A stretch of 64,000 nucleotides of DNA from the human T2T-CHM13v2.0 reference genome, Homo sapiens, in the NCBI RefSeq assembly GCF_009914755.1, contig NC_060937.1, one strand, 5' to 3'. Of this stretch, positions 18,017-30,457 are shown piece by piece. The notes under the pieces are model-generated. The model did not search any database and was not told where the DNA came from. It saw nothing but the letters and a program-made list of their open reading frames with translations. Each line of letters starts with the position of its first letter. The first letter of the stretch is position 1. The translations under genes were made by a program, and so were the position numbers.

Positions 18017-18749
18017 TACCACAATGAGATACCATCTTACACCAGTCAGAATGGCTACAATTAAACAGTCAAAAAATAACAGATATTGACGAGGTTGTGG
18101 AGAAAAGGGAACACTTATACTCTGTTCGTGGGAGTGTAAATTAGTTCAATCGTTGTGGAAAGCAGTATGGTGATTCCTCAAAAAACTATAAGCAGAACTA
18201 TCATTTGACCCAGCAATCTCATTACTGGGGATGTACCCAGAGGACTATAAATCATTCTACTGTAAAGACACATGCATGTGAATGTTCATTGCAGCACTGT
18301 TCACAATAGCGAAGACATGGAATCTACCTAAATGCCCATCAGTGACAGACTGGATAAAGATAATGTGGTAGATATACACCATGGAATACTGTGAAACCTT
18401 AAAAAAGAACAAGATCATGTCTTTTGTTGGAACATGGATGGAAGATGGAACTGGAGGCCATTTTCCTTGGCAAAGTAACGCAGAAACAAAAAAACAAATG
18501 TCTCCTGTTCTCACTTATGAGTGGGAGCTGAATGATGAGAACTCAGGAACACAAAGAAGGGAACAACGACATTGGGGCCTACTTGAGGCAGGGAGGGTGG
18601 GAGGAGGGAGAGGAGGAGAAAAGGCAACTATGGGATTACTGGGCTTAACACCTGGGTGATGAAACAATCTCTACAACAAACCTCTATGACATGAGTTTAC
18701 CTATTTAACAAGCCTTCACGTGTACCCACAAACCTAAAAGTTAAAAAAA
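18017..18749 (+). mobile_element. 5'-truncated older primate L1 3' end (L1PA15/16-like)
   Basis: ORF2 C-terminal DNA (atgagataccatcttacaccagtcagaatggc) followed by an older-type 3'UTR ending aacctaaaagttaaaaaaa. Confidence 0.88.
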
Positions 18750-20039
18750 CCTTTGTGAACTTGACAGATGAGAAAAATAATATTCTTCATTAGCATAGAT
18801 AAATCTGTGAAGATAATAACAAGCTTTATTTACTTTCACTCTTTCTCATCCTTCTTTTACCTTGATTACATCCAGTGTGTGTGTGTGTGTTCAAAAGCCT
18901 TCCTCTAGGGTATCTTCTGATTTTTGCACATGAAGGCAAGACACATTTCTTTATGGAAAAGAGATGTAAATCTATCATTCCTCTCCAGTTACCAGCAACT
19001 AATTCCTTCATTCACAACGTATGTCCCACAAATGTGTCTTTGAAATAGGCCTAATCATAAATGTGATTGCTTATGTATTAACTGTTTATGTACATTTAAA
19101 TATATTAAAATATGAATACCTATAGGTGTGTGTTTTACCTACTAAGATGATCTATCTTTGCTCTCGTCCATCTTTCTGTCTGTCCATGCATTTATTCCTT
19201 TCTCTACCTCTGTCTGTCGTCTTTGTTTGCCCACGTCTCAGTACATGTAATAGGAAGACTGTGAGTCTTAACTGTGTCCGCTCTGAAACCACGAGTATAT
19301 TTTGGCCCTTGTCCTTTCATGCTTTTGCTCTTATACATTTCTTGCAAATGATTTTACTGTGGAGATGTCGCATTTACTCTCCCATCTGGGGTCTCAGTGT
19401 AACTTGTTTTACTCTCAGATATTCCAGACACAGAAAGGGAGTACACTACATTTTTTCCCCTATCCTTTCTCCTCCTCCTCATCCTTCTTCTTCTCACATA
19501 TTATTGGCAAGAGAGGAAAGATTTACTCCAACATTTTTTATATTAAAGCATATATTATCAGCATATCAAATGGTTAACTTGGCCACTCCAGTGTTTGTTG
19601 CACATATAGAATTCATATCCAAGGACAGGATCTAGCCATCTAAGGGATCCTGTAGCTCACTGTCTGTGTGAGGGCAATCCACATGTCCACCCTTCTCTGG
19701 TCTCCTGTAGAATTTTATGATAGCTTTGCCCTACTCTTTCTCGGTCCATGAGTCTAGGATTCTAACTTCCACAGTTCTAAGATATGTCATTTTCAAAGTT
19801 TCTTCTGTGTTTCTTTCACGAAGCCATTGGGATGAGCAAGCATCTAGGACTTGGGCAGCTTTTTAACGGGTGTTTCACATCAGGAGCCTTGCGCCCCAGC
19901 GCCTTTGCCTGCCCTGACTGCACAACTGGGTGTCACAGACAATGATCACAGGATATCCTCATGCAATCATCTCCTCTCCGATTCTGCTCAGGGTTAAAAT
20001 GTAGTTATTTGAAATAATAGACTGAATCAGTTTCTCTCT

Positions 20040-20175
20040 ATAGTGGCTTTTAATCTTTCTGGATCATTGAGAATCTGATACAACTTTTAGTAGAAAATTC
20101 TACATGGATAGAGGATTTTACCTTCCATTTAGTGGTTTCAAAGATTCTGATATCCACGGCTCCAAGTTTCTGCTT
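20040..20175. mobile_element. Degenerate hAT-Charlie MITE (MER117-like)
   Basis: ttgagaatctgat..agaaaattctacat..atccacggctccaagtt resembles the recalled consensus. Confidence 0.4.
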
Positions 20176-20653
20176 TAGATATGTTATTTACATAAATGCC
20201 TTGTCTCCTATTAGTGGAGAATGAAAAAAACAAAATCTTTCCTCGATTTATCATCTGGATTCATTCAGAATTCTTCACAATGAACTTTATCTTTGTAGCC
20301 AAACATTTTAGTTAAGTACTTATATTCCATTTTGTCTTTGATAGAAGCATATTTATCTAAAATAAACAAATGATAGATAAAAATTTTCTTTCTTTTCTGC
20401 CTTTTTTGAGGAACATTGGTAGGGTGGAATAGTGGAAATAAATAACTGCAGTCAGAAAAAAAACAAGAAGAAAGCATTCATATGATATAGTAATAATAAC
20501 ATAGAATGTTCGAAATCACAGACAGTAAATAAGATATTGCATCTTATAAAGGAAGTGTTTAACAGCATTATAAAAATGTAAATATACCTTTGAAGGGACA
20601 GGTAACAAGTGTGAGAAATGAATGACATCAGATAACGTGTTTTCTCTCTATAG

Positions 20654-20683
20654 AACTGCAGTGGTGATGGCTCTGAATTCCTG
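20654..20683 (+). other. Candidate 30-nt micro-exon
   Basis: gtgttttctctctatag|AACTGCAGTGGTGATGGCTCTGAATTCCTG|gtatgt; branch-like tgac/ataac upstream; lies in apparently non-repetitive DNA. Confidence 0.3.
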
Positions 20684-21984
20684 GTATGTATTCATGTAGT
20701 ACCTGTTCAGAATAGGCCATTGTATCAGAAGAGGAATTGTGGAGAGGCATCATATTAGAAAGCAAAGAGAAATAAATGGTAAAGGATGCATGCGCTGTAC
20801 AACCAAAGCTATAATTACAACTGAGAAAGCATCAAGGAAGAAAGATAGAATAGCAAAGGCCAATGAGGTAATAGTGACTACTTTCTAGCAAAAGAAGTAA
20901 GTTCAATAAATTTTACATTTATAATGGGGCTAATTTGTCTTATGAGCAGTACTTTCTTCATGAGACAGTACTTGATTTAATTCAAAAGAATACCACTGGC
21001 TTCAGTCTAGAAGCTCTACTTTTTTCCAAAAGGTTTAGGCTTCTCATATAGAAAAATAAGTTTCTTAAGCGTAATTCACAAAATCGTCTGACCGAAAAGA
21101 ATTTCCTACTTGTGCCATAAAGCTGAAGAGTGGAAGTTGGAATCCTGTGCTGGCCTTCTTTCGTGTTGTATACCCAGGAAGGCTTGGAAAGGAGGTTTTG
21201 TTAAGATGCTATTCTTCAGTTCCATCACAAGATTATTGATTTTCCATTGCACACTGTAAGAAATAGCTCTGCACTTAACTATTTAACCAGCCAAGGCTAA
21301 AGCAATTAGGCTCATCTTTTTTTGATGTCCTAGAAGAGATGGTTGGATGAATCTCAGCTGCCCTGTGGTGATGGAAATGTACTTCCAGCTGACTGCAGGT
21401 ATTTTTGCTGTTGTCTCCCCTTAGTTCGAAATTCTTCAAATAAATAAAGATTGGCCTTGCTGCTTTTTCTTAAAATAAAATTTATCCCCAGACTAGAAGT
21501 CATGTTGGTTGGTTGTGTTTCACGCACTCTTCTGATTAATCCATTCCCTTTACTTGATTTTAGCACCTTAAAATATTGCAGATGCAATACCTATTTTTAA
21601 AGATTTCTTCCTCAGTACTTTCTAAGTCTGGGGATTATTTGCTTTTAAATATCTTCACTATCTGATTAGTTTCCTTAAAGAATACTCTCCTTTTACCATA
21701 ATTTTCTTTTCTTCCTGGAAGTGTTTGAGGTAGTGAAGGGTCCTTGAAATATTGTAAGGATATTAGCTACATAAAATGAGAAAATGGGAACTGAGCTATG
21801 AATTTAGAAAGAGAATTTGTAATATGTGGATATATGCCAAAAAGAGACCATCAGAGGAAGTCAGGGAATTGCAACGCTAGGTTATATTTTCCCCTTTGCT
21901 CTCAGTTTAAGAGAACTTTTATGAAGGAAAATTGCTCCCAATTGCTATTTATTAGCTGTGTAGTAATTTCTTTTCTTGCTTCAG

Positions 21985-22026
21985 GTCAAAGACTGGGCCA
22001 TCTATTCACTCAGAAACATGAGGAAG
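21985..22026 (+). other. Candidate 42-nt cassette exon
   Basis: taatttcttttcttgcttcag|GTCAAAG...GAGGAAG|gtgggg; length is a multiple of 3; two frames are open. Confidence 0.25.
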
Positions 22027-24074
22027 GTGGGGTGGGGGAGAGAGAAAGAAAGGAAAAGAAAATGAATACGTTTTGTTGCTCTAATCATTAGTGGGTAAGG
22101 AGCTGTTGAAGTTTGCAGAAATTATCTCTTCCACATGTCTTATTACCTTTTGCCAGCAGGACTGGTTGTAACTTTTGATGCAATGGATAGAAATTCATTT
22201 CCTTCAGTTGAACAATTTAAAAATAAATGAAGATAAAGATGATGCAGCTATTCATGTCAGCCACGAAAGTAGCCACAGAATAAATGCAAAGTGAACTATG
22301 ACTAGCCTTGGCTGCCTGAACCAAGTGATGGAGAAAAACCCACGGCATTCTTCCAAACACAGCCCCATCTCTGTCCTCTGCATATACACAGCACAGGAGG
22401 AGGGAAGGGCACCAATCTAGCAAAAGATGCGTTATCATTCATGTTCACTCCTTTCTTTAACTTCTTTACCTGAGGAACATGTAATATTAGTTCCGTAATT
22501 ACCATGGGGTCATGTGTCAAGAATTTTGATAATTCTATCTAGTTTTTGTGAATTTAGCAAAAATGTTCTTAATATCAGTAATTTACATATAATTCCACTT
22601 AAGGAAGTCTAGCTAAAGAATGAGAAGAGATGAAAGATAGGAAAACGTACATAGTTTAAAGTCCCCTAATCCTTTTAATTAAAATTCCAGGGTTTTGATG
22701 ACAATGTCTTGGCATTTTTTTTGCAATAGACAAATTCATTCACATTCTGTCATAGCGCTGCTTTTCAGGAAACGATGAGGGCAGAGATCAGCACTGACTC
22801 AGCTGTTAACTCACCTTTTTCATATTTTTAAAAGGGGTCTATTTTTTGTTTTAATCATTCAAAAACTTTTTCTCATCCTCAAGGAATCTTGAAAACGATT
22901 ATATTGAATAAGAGTGATTTTTTTCTTCTAAAGTCTCAAGTGGAAATTGGCAGAATGCCCTTTCTCATCAGTTAGGAAAGATGTGACTTAAGTAATTGAA
23001 TCTGTTTCGTTCTTCATCTGTGGAAGAGTTATCTATATTCTCCCAGGCTCTCTTTTCTTAGGCCATTGTGAAAACGTCTTTACACAGCTTTAATTTCACT
23101 TTCATCTTTCCTGCTAATTGACTATCTTGCATCAAGGAATGTTGAAATCCATTCCTGAGGTTTTTTTTGTTTTTGTTTTTGTTTTTTTTTTTAAAAAAAG
23201 CAAGTTCAGGATGCTGGCCTGTTGATCTTTGAGGAGGCTGAATATCATCCTAGTTGAGCTGATAAATACGTTATGACCAGGGCTACAGAAAGTACCCTCA
23301 TGTACGTTCTTATCACAAAGAATTTCCTGTTTCCAAGGGCTTCTTTTACCTCCCACATGCGCTACATCTCATCCTAATAAAGTGTCAATCTTGGGAGAAG
23401 AAACTTTCCCACATAAATGGTTACTTTCCCAATTTTCTTGTGAAAAATTTTCAAAATTGCTCCCTTGGCTCTGTGAAAACAGGGGCCTTGGTTCCTCTTT
23501 CAGTAACGTCCCTTGATTCCAGGAAGCCACTAGAGAGCAGAAATAACAAAATGAAGGCTTGGACTTCTGCAAGAACTGGGGTCCTTATGGGTCACTCGAC
23601 CTGATGTGAAAAAAGGAGAAGAGTTTAAGGTGAATTTTAGACAGGAGAAATCCCACACTGTGGAGGAGGGCTGGAAAGAAAGCTTAAAAGTGGGCGACTT
23701 CTGACAGGAGGAGGCATCGCGTGAAGTGGAAAGTAAGTGAGAGGGGATGAAGTGAAAAATTGAGCATAAAAATAAAGGAATGTGTACTCCAGTTTCTATA
23801 TCCAGAGAAACTCTCTAAATAGAGTTTAAAGAGGGTTTTATAGTCATACGGGCTGTGCCAACATATGACAAGGTGCTGGAGCAAGGCCTGGGTGGATATC
23901 AGAGCTCAATCATCACATGGCTGTTCTCATGACCTGTTAAGATAACAAAGCCATTTTATTTTGCATAGATGAAGCATAGGAAGTATTTGTGTTTTGCAAA
24001 GCCACAACCAAAGTATTTCTCTAGAAGCTGTGGAAAATTCAGATAGCAATAGTGCATTGCTATGGCATGTAGAG

Positions 24075-24411
24075 CCGAGGTCCTTGACCTTTTTGGCACC
24101 AGAGACCAGTTTTGTGGAAGACAATTTTTCCATGGAGAAGGGGATGTGGGGATGGTTTGACGATGAAATTGTTCCACCTCAGATCATCAGGCATTACTTA
24201 GACTCTCATAAGGAGCACATAGCCTGGATCCCTTGCATGTGTAGTTCACAGTAGAGTTTGTGCTCTTATGAGAATCTAATGCCGCTGCTGATCTGACAGG
24301 AGGGAAGCTCAGGCGGTCATGCTTGCTTCCGGCCGCTCACTTCCTGCTATGCAGGTTCCTAACAGACCATGGACCGGTACCAGTCCGTGACCTGGCGGTT
24401 GGGGGCCCCTG
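24075..24411. mobile_element. MER1B hAT-Charlie DNA transposon
   Basis: acctttttggcaccagagaccagttttgtggaagacaatttttcc ... gttgggggcccctg; 8-bp TSD at(g/c)tagag at 24067-24074 and 24412-24419. Confidence 0.9.
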
Positions 24412-24646
24412 ATCTAGAGAGAATAAAGTAGGGACAAAGTTTGATTTTTACCTCGATCTTCAAGCTATCTTAAAACCTAAAGCAATGTTATGCTTTCCTG
24501 AGACACAACCTATTTTGGGAAGTTGATCATCCTTCTTTGTGCTCAGCACTGCCAGGCCTGGCCCACACTCAGTGAAGGACCGGATAAAACTTCCACACAC
24601 AGACACGTCCCACAACTTCTCCTGCTTCACATTCACCTTTGCCCCT

Positions 24647-25106
24647 TGGGGTGGTTATTCCTCTGTGACAACTCGATTGGGCCAGGGTGCCCAGATATTT
24701 GGGCAACATTATTCTGGATGTTTCTATGAGGGTGTTTTTGAGTGAGACTAACATTTAAGTCAGTGGACTTTGAATCAAGCAGATGGCCCTCCATTATGTG
24801 GCCATGCCTGAACCAATCAGTTAAAGATCTGAGTAGTACAAATCCTGACCTTCCCCAAGCAAGAGAGAACTTCCAAGGCTGATGGCCCTTGGGTGTGAAT
24901 TGCAACATTGGCTCTTCCCTTGGTCTCTATCCTCATGGCCCAGAGTACAGATTTTGGACATGGCAGCCTCCACAATTGCATGAGCCAGTTCCTTCAAATC
25001 TCTCTTTTTTTCTTTTTGTTTTTTTCTCTCTCTCTCACACATACACACACAAACGTGCACATGCATGCTGTTAGTTATGTTTCTCTGGAGAAATCTGACT
25101 AATGTA
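24647..25106 (+). mobile_element. Solo ERVL LTR (MLT2C/D-like)
   Basis: gtgcccagatatttgg..acattattctggatgtttct..gagccagttcctt..tttctctggagaaatctgactaat. Confidence 0.85.
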
Positions 25107-25679
25107 CTCCTCTGTTGCACCCACAAATGCATCCCACTTAACCACAGGGTTTGGTGAAGCGAGACTCTGTCAGGTCAAAATAGCCCTTAAAAGGAAAAGT
25201 GAAAACCTGGAGCTGATCACAAAAATGAAATGTGTCACTGATTAACACTAAAATCAAATCTTGAGATGTTTGTGAGACATGAAACATGTATATGCCGATT
25301 GTTAATTTCCAAAGGATATTTAGATAGAAGAGCGTATGTGCTCATTTCTGTTTTATTTTGTCTTAGTTTTTATAAAAAGCAGTTCTACACAAACTATACC
25401 ATGAGGCGACAATAGAATTTTTAAAAATCAAGGCCAACTTTGAGAGGTGCACAGCCTGGGGGAAAAGTAGCAAACTTCCCTGAATTTTAGACACAGTGTG
25501 GCTGCCCTATAGCCCCCTTCTCTTGTTGACTGCAACCCAACCAGAGTAATACTTGCTTGTTTAAACATTGTTCATTGGTTCTCTTTTATGAGGTGGATAA
25601 ACTCCAGGGTTTCTCCATCATCTGATTTAGAGACCACTCTCTGTTTCCTTCATCCTCTGCAATCCATCCTATTTCAGTC

Positions 25680-26010
25680 ACAGGAAGGCCATGGAACTCC
25701 TCCAGAAGGGCCTGTGAGCTCACTCCTCTCTTTTGCAGCCACGCTTCCGTTTATCTGGAATGCCTTTCCCTCGGAGCCTCCGCTTACCCGAGTCATCTCA
25801 GCTCACACATTCCATGTGCTGCTCCAGATCTCTGGAAGCAATATTAGATTTTTCTCTAATTCTGTATTGCATATTTTTACTAAAATATTTTAACCAAGGT
25901 GTATTAGGTACATGCCTATCTCTCCACCAATAGATTCTGAATCCCTTTTCAAGGAGGTGCCCATTCCTTACATATTGTTGCACACCTTGCACACAGCAAT
26001 ACCTGACAAT
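25680..26010 (+). mobile_element. L2 3' relic
   Basis: ctggaatgcctttccc and L2-like 3' end motifs. Confidence 0.5.
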
Positions 26011-26015
26011 TAGTA

Positions 26016-26308
26016 ATTATTATTATTATTTTCAGAGACAAGGTCTCACTCTGTCACCCTTGCTGGAGTGCAAAGATGTGGTCATGACTCACTGCAGTCT
26101 TGAACTCCGTGGCTCAGATGATCCTCCCACTTGCCAAGTAGCTGGGACTACAGGTGTACCACCACACCTAGCGAATTTTTGTATTTTTTGTAGAGAAGAG
26201 GCCTTGCTATGGTGCCCAGCCTGGTCTCAAACTCTTGGCCTCAAGCGATTCATCCACCTCAGCCTCCCAAAGTGCTGAGATTACAGGTGTGAGCCATGTT
26301 GCCCGGCC
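26016..26308 (-). mobile_element. AluJ with (TAA)n tail
   Basis: Antisense Alu with J features (aggtctcactc, atcctcccac, ttttttgtagag). Confidence 0.92.
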
Positions 26309-26324
26309 CAGTAAGCACTCTTTT

Positions 26325-26616
<292 letters not shown>

Positions 26617-27644
26617 CAGTAAGCACTCTTTTAAAGGTCAGAAAGGAACGCATGCACAGTTCTGATAGGATTAACTTGATAAGAGAGTATTAATAAGTAG
26701 TGCCTTTCGAACTTTCAAATAGCTCCCACTCACATGAGTGAAAAAATGAAGCCTTTTAAGCAGAAATACCAAACAAAATGAAAACAAAAGCATGTGCACA
26801 AATAACAGGGTTCCTCGTTATGCATAAAGCCTTTATTCTCATCTCCATTTGGGAGAAAGTTGAAAGCTTTTATACTCACTTCTTTTTTAGAAGGAGTTAG
26901 AAATAGAGGAGAGTAAATAATATCATTCAGAATGAGGAAGCACGGGGTCTAATCTATTCTATCTCAAAAAGAAGGAAAGGGCCTCAGAGTGAGAAGGGAC
27001 AGAAGGAAGCATCACAGAGGGACTGCCCTGGTCATGACCAACATCAAGAATTTGGTAGGAATTTCAAGGAAGCAGGAAGTATTGAGTCTAAAACTCTTTT
27101 TAAATCTCTCTTATAGACAAAGTTTGGAGTAACAAGCTTCAGATCCACTTCACTATTTGAATTCCAGGATAGCTATCTTCAGTATCCAAATGCATTTTCA
27201 GTGTCTACTTATTCTGAGGCTCAATTAGTCTTAGCTTTAAATTATTATACTAAATAAAATAATTACCCTGTGTTTTGAAAAGTGTTTTTCACAGTTGTCA
27301 ATATAAAGAGTATTTCATGAAGAATGAAGTTTTAAATGGATTAAGGCGGGAAACTCTCCTCTTAATTGGTGTAAAGGTAAACACTTTCTGCATTAGGAAT
27401 ATGTGCAAAAATGTGGGCCTGTAAATGAGCACTCTCCCCTTATTCTGTGAAGATGCACTTTGTGAGCTTTGGGATCTTGCAGATAGGAAACACAGACCTA
27501 CACAGAGTTATTGGGGAAACTCTCCACCCATTCTCTAAGTGTTCTCTTTTCTAAAATAAAAATTGGCTAGTACAGTGGTAACCACCTCCTGTATTTAGAA
27601 GAATGTTAGTTTTCTTACAAATGAAGTTGGACTACATTGTCTTT

Positions 27645-28090
27645 GGAAAAGAGATGGGGAGATGTTGCTCAAAGGAAACAAAAGTTTAGTTAGGCAGGAG
27701 GAATATGTTCCAGAAATCTATTGTACTGCACGGTTACTATAGTTAATAATAATGTATTGCAATCTTGAAAACTGATCAGAAAGTAGATTTTAATTATATA
27801 TTTATATGTAAAAATATATATTTTTTACCTTTAAAAAATATATAAATATACAGCTCTGCCATCTGATATATTTATTTATATATATTTTATAAAATAAAAA
27901 TATATTTTATAGTATATGAAATAAATATATAAATAGAATACTTTATAAATATAAATATTTATAAAGTATATATTATATACAAATATATATATTTATAGTA
28001 TATAAATACATGCATATATATTTATAATATATAAATAAATACACGCATATACATTTATATATGCAATTTTTATTTGTCAGTTATGCAACT
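27645..28090 (+). mobile_element. L1MA 3'UTR fragment interrupted by an AT-rich low-complexity tract (about 27790-28065)
   Basis: ggagatgttgctcaaaggaaacaaaag..aggaggaatatgttc..gttactatagttaataataatgtattg..gtagatttt. Confidence 0.8.
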
Positions 28091-28166
28091 TACATATGCA
28101 GGAAGTGACATCACTGTGCCTCCTGAGCTTGTCATAGTGGAGAGCTGAGGATGCACTAGTGAGCCA

Positions 28167-28800
<634 letters not shown>

Positions 28801-28839
28801 AAAACATGTCTTATACTTACTGAGGGAGGTCATTTAGGG

Positions 28840-29097
28840 AAGAATTTAACAGCATGGATCTGTGCAGTCAGACTGCCTGGATTTTAATCTCTTTTCCATC
28901 ACTTTCAGTAGACGAAATACTGGCAAGTTACCGAACTGAGTAATAATGCTCTAAGGCTTAGTCTACACAACTGTAAAAGAAAGGCATAATAGCGTCTGCT
29001 TCAGAGGGTTGTCATTAGGATTGTGTGATGAAATCCATGTAAAGCACATGAGAGAGCCCCTGAGACGCTAAAATGCTCCAGAAATGCTATAGCTGCT
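28840..29097 (+). mobile_element. MIR SINE
   Basis: gtcagactgcctggatttt..ggcaagttac..cagagggttgt..aggatt..catgtaaagcac. Confidence 0.8.
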
Positions 29098-29130
29098 CCT
29101 GATCAAAAGGAGAATGACTGTTTCTATCAG

Positions 29131-29193
29131 GTGTGTGTGCGTGTGTGTGTGTCTGTGTGTGTCTGTGTCTGTGTGTGTGTTTGTGTGTGTGTG
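29131..29193. repeat. Imperfect (TG)n microsatellite
   Basis: Read directly from the sequence. Confidence 0.9.
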
Positions 29194-29419
29194 CATACAT
29201 GTGCTTTCTGTCCAGGAGAGATGCATTGGAGATCAGGAGAGTTACCAAACAAGAGCAGGAAAGAAGGAGGAGGCCATTCTTCCCAGACAGAGCCCTGAAG
29301 CCCACCCTAGGTCGTCCTGCTGGACAGCTATGTGGCCTTATCCCACACTGAGTAACTCACACTTGGGAAATAATCCACTGAGCACCAGAAACAGATAAAC
29401 ACCGATAAACGCGGTCACA

Positions 29420-30280
29420 CCTTCACTTGGGTGTCTAATCTCAAACATAAACTCTTAATTACTTTCAAACCAACGCCTCCTGCATTCTTCCACATCACAG
29501 CGTAAGGTACGTTTATCTTCTGAGGCTGCTCAGGTCACAAAAACCTTGGATTCTTCTTTAGCTTTTCTCTTTCATGCACAATCTGCATTCAATCCATCAG
29601 CAAAACCAGAATCTACCTTCAAAATACTGCTACGCCGTGGCTAACTTCAGGGACTCATTTCCTGCCATCTCTTCCAGATACGATTTCAGAGACTTTTCAG
29701 GGGGTCTCTGCTTCTGTCTTAGCCCCTGCATCGTGTTCCTAACCCAGCAGCATGAGTCATACCACTCTCATCAAGTGCTTCAGCGTCTTCTTGTTTCATT
29801 CAGAGTGAAAGGCAAGACTTCACAGTGTGGGTCTGTCCCCACCTGAGAATGAAGTCCTGCTCAGGATCCCTCTCTTTCATCGGCTGTTTCCAGGTCCCTC
29901 TGCCTTGGTACTGTTCCTCTGACTTCCAGACAGCCCCATTGCAGGGCCTTTGCACTTGCTGTGCCTCCTGCCTGTGGCACTCAGCTCCCACCTGCTGCAA
30001 GGAAGACTCCTACATCTCACAGGTCTTGGCTCAGTTATGTCTCCTAAATGAGCCCTTTTCTGACGAGCTCCTTTTAAAACTCTGAGCCCTCTTGACTATC
30101 AATTTACTTTACCTGCCTTAGTTTAATGATTTGCTCAATATCTTGCTTTTATATTTTCCATATACTATACTCTAAAACAATATAAACCCTAAAAGGGCAC
30201 ACATTTTTATCTTTTAAATTTTATGATTTTATACTAGTGTCTAGATTTTTGCTTGAAGCTAATAAATATTTGCTGAATAG
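29420..30280 (+). mobile_element. L2a-like 3' portion
   Basis: tgctcagg..aaaaccttgga; cagggcctttgcacttgctgt; terminal aataaatatttgctgaat. Confidence 0.75.
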
Positions 30281-30314
30281 ATAAAAAATTCTGTGCAAAA
30301 AGAATGTTTCCATG

Positions 30315-30457
30315 TTCTTTTTTTGAGACGGAGTCTCGTTTTGTCTCCCAGCTGAAGTGCAGTGGCATGATCTCGGCTCACTAAAACCTCCACTTCCTGG
30401 GTTCAAGCGATTCTCCTGCTTCAGCCTCCTGAATAGCGTGAGCCACCATGCCTGTCC
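30315..30457 (-). mobile_element. AluS collapsed to monomer length by an internal deletion
   Basis: Right-arm sequence up to gaatagc joins directly to the left-arm head gtgagccaccatgcctgtcc. Confidence 0.85.

Noticed and set aside
19126-19635. 169-aa ORF
   Set aside because: Begins at GTG, composition is driven by pyrimidine-rich DNA, and it has no recognisable domain.
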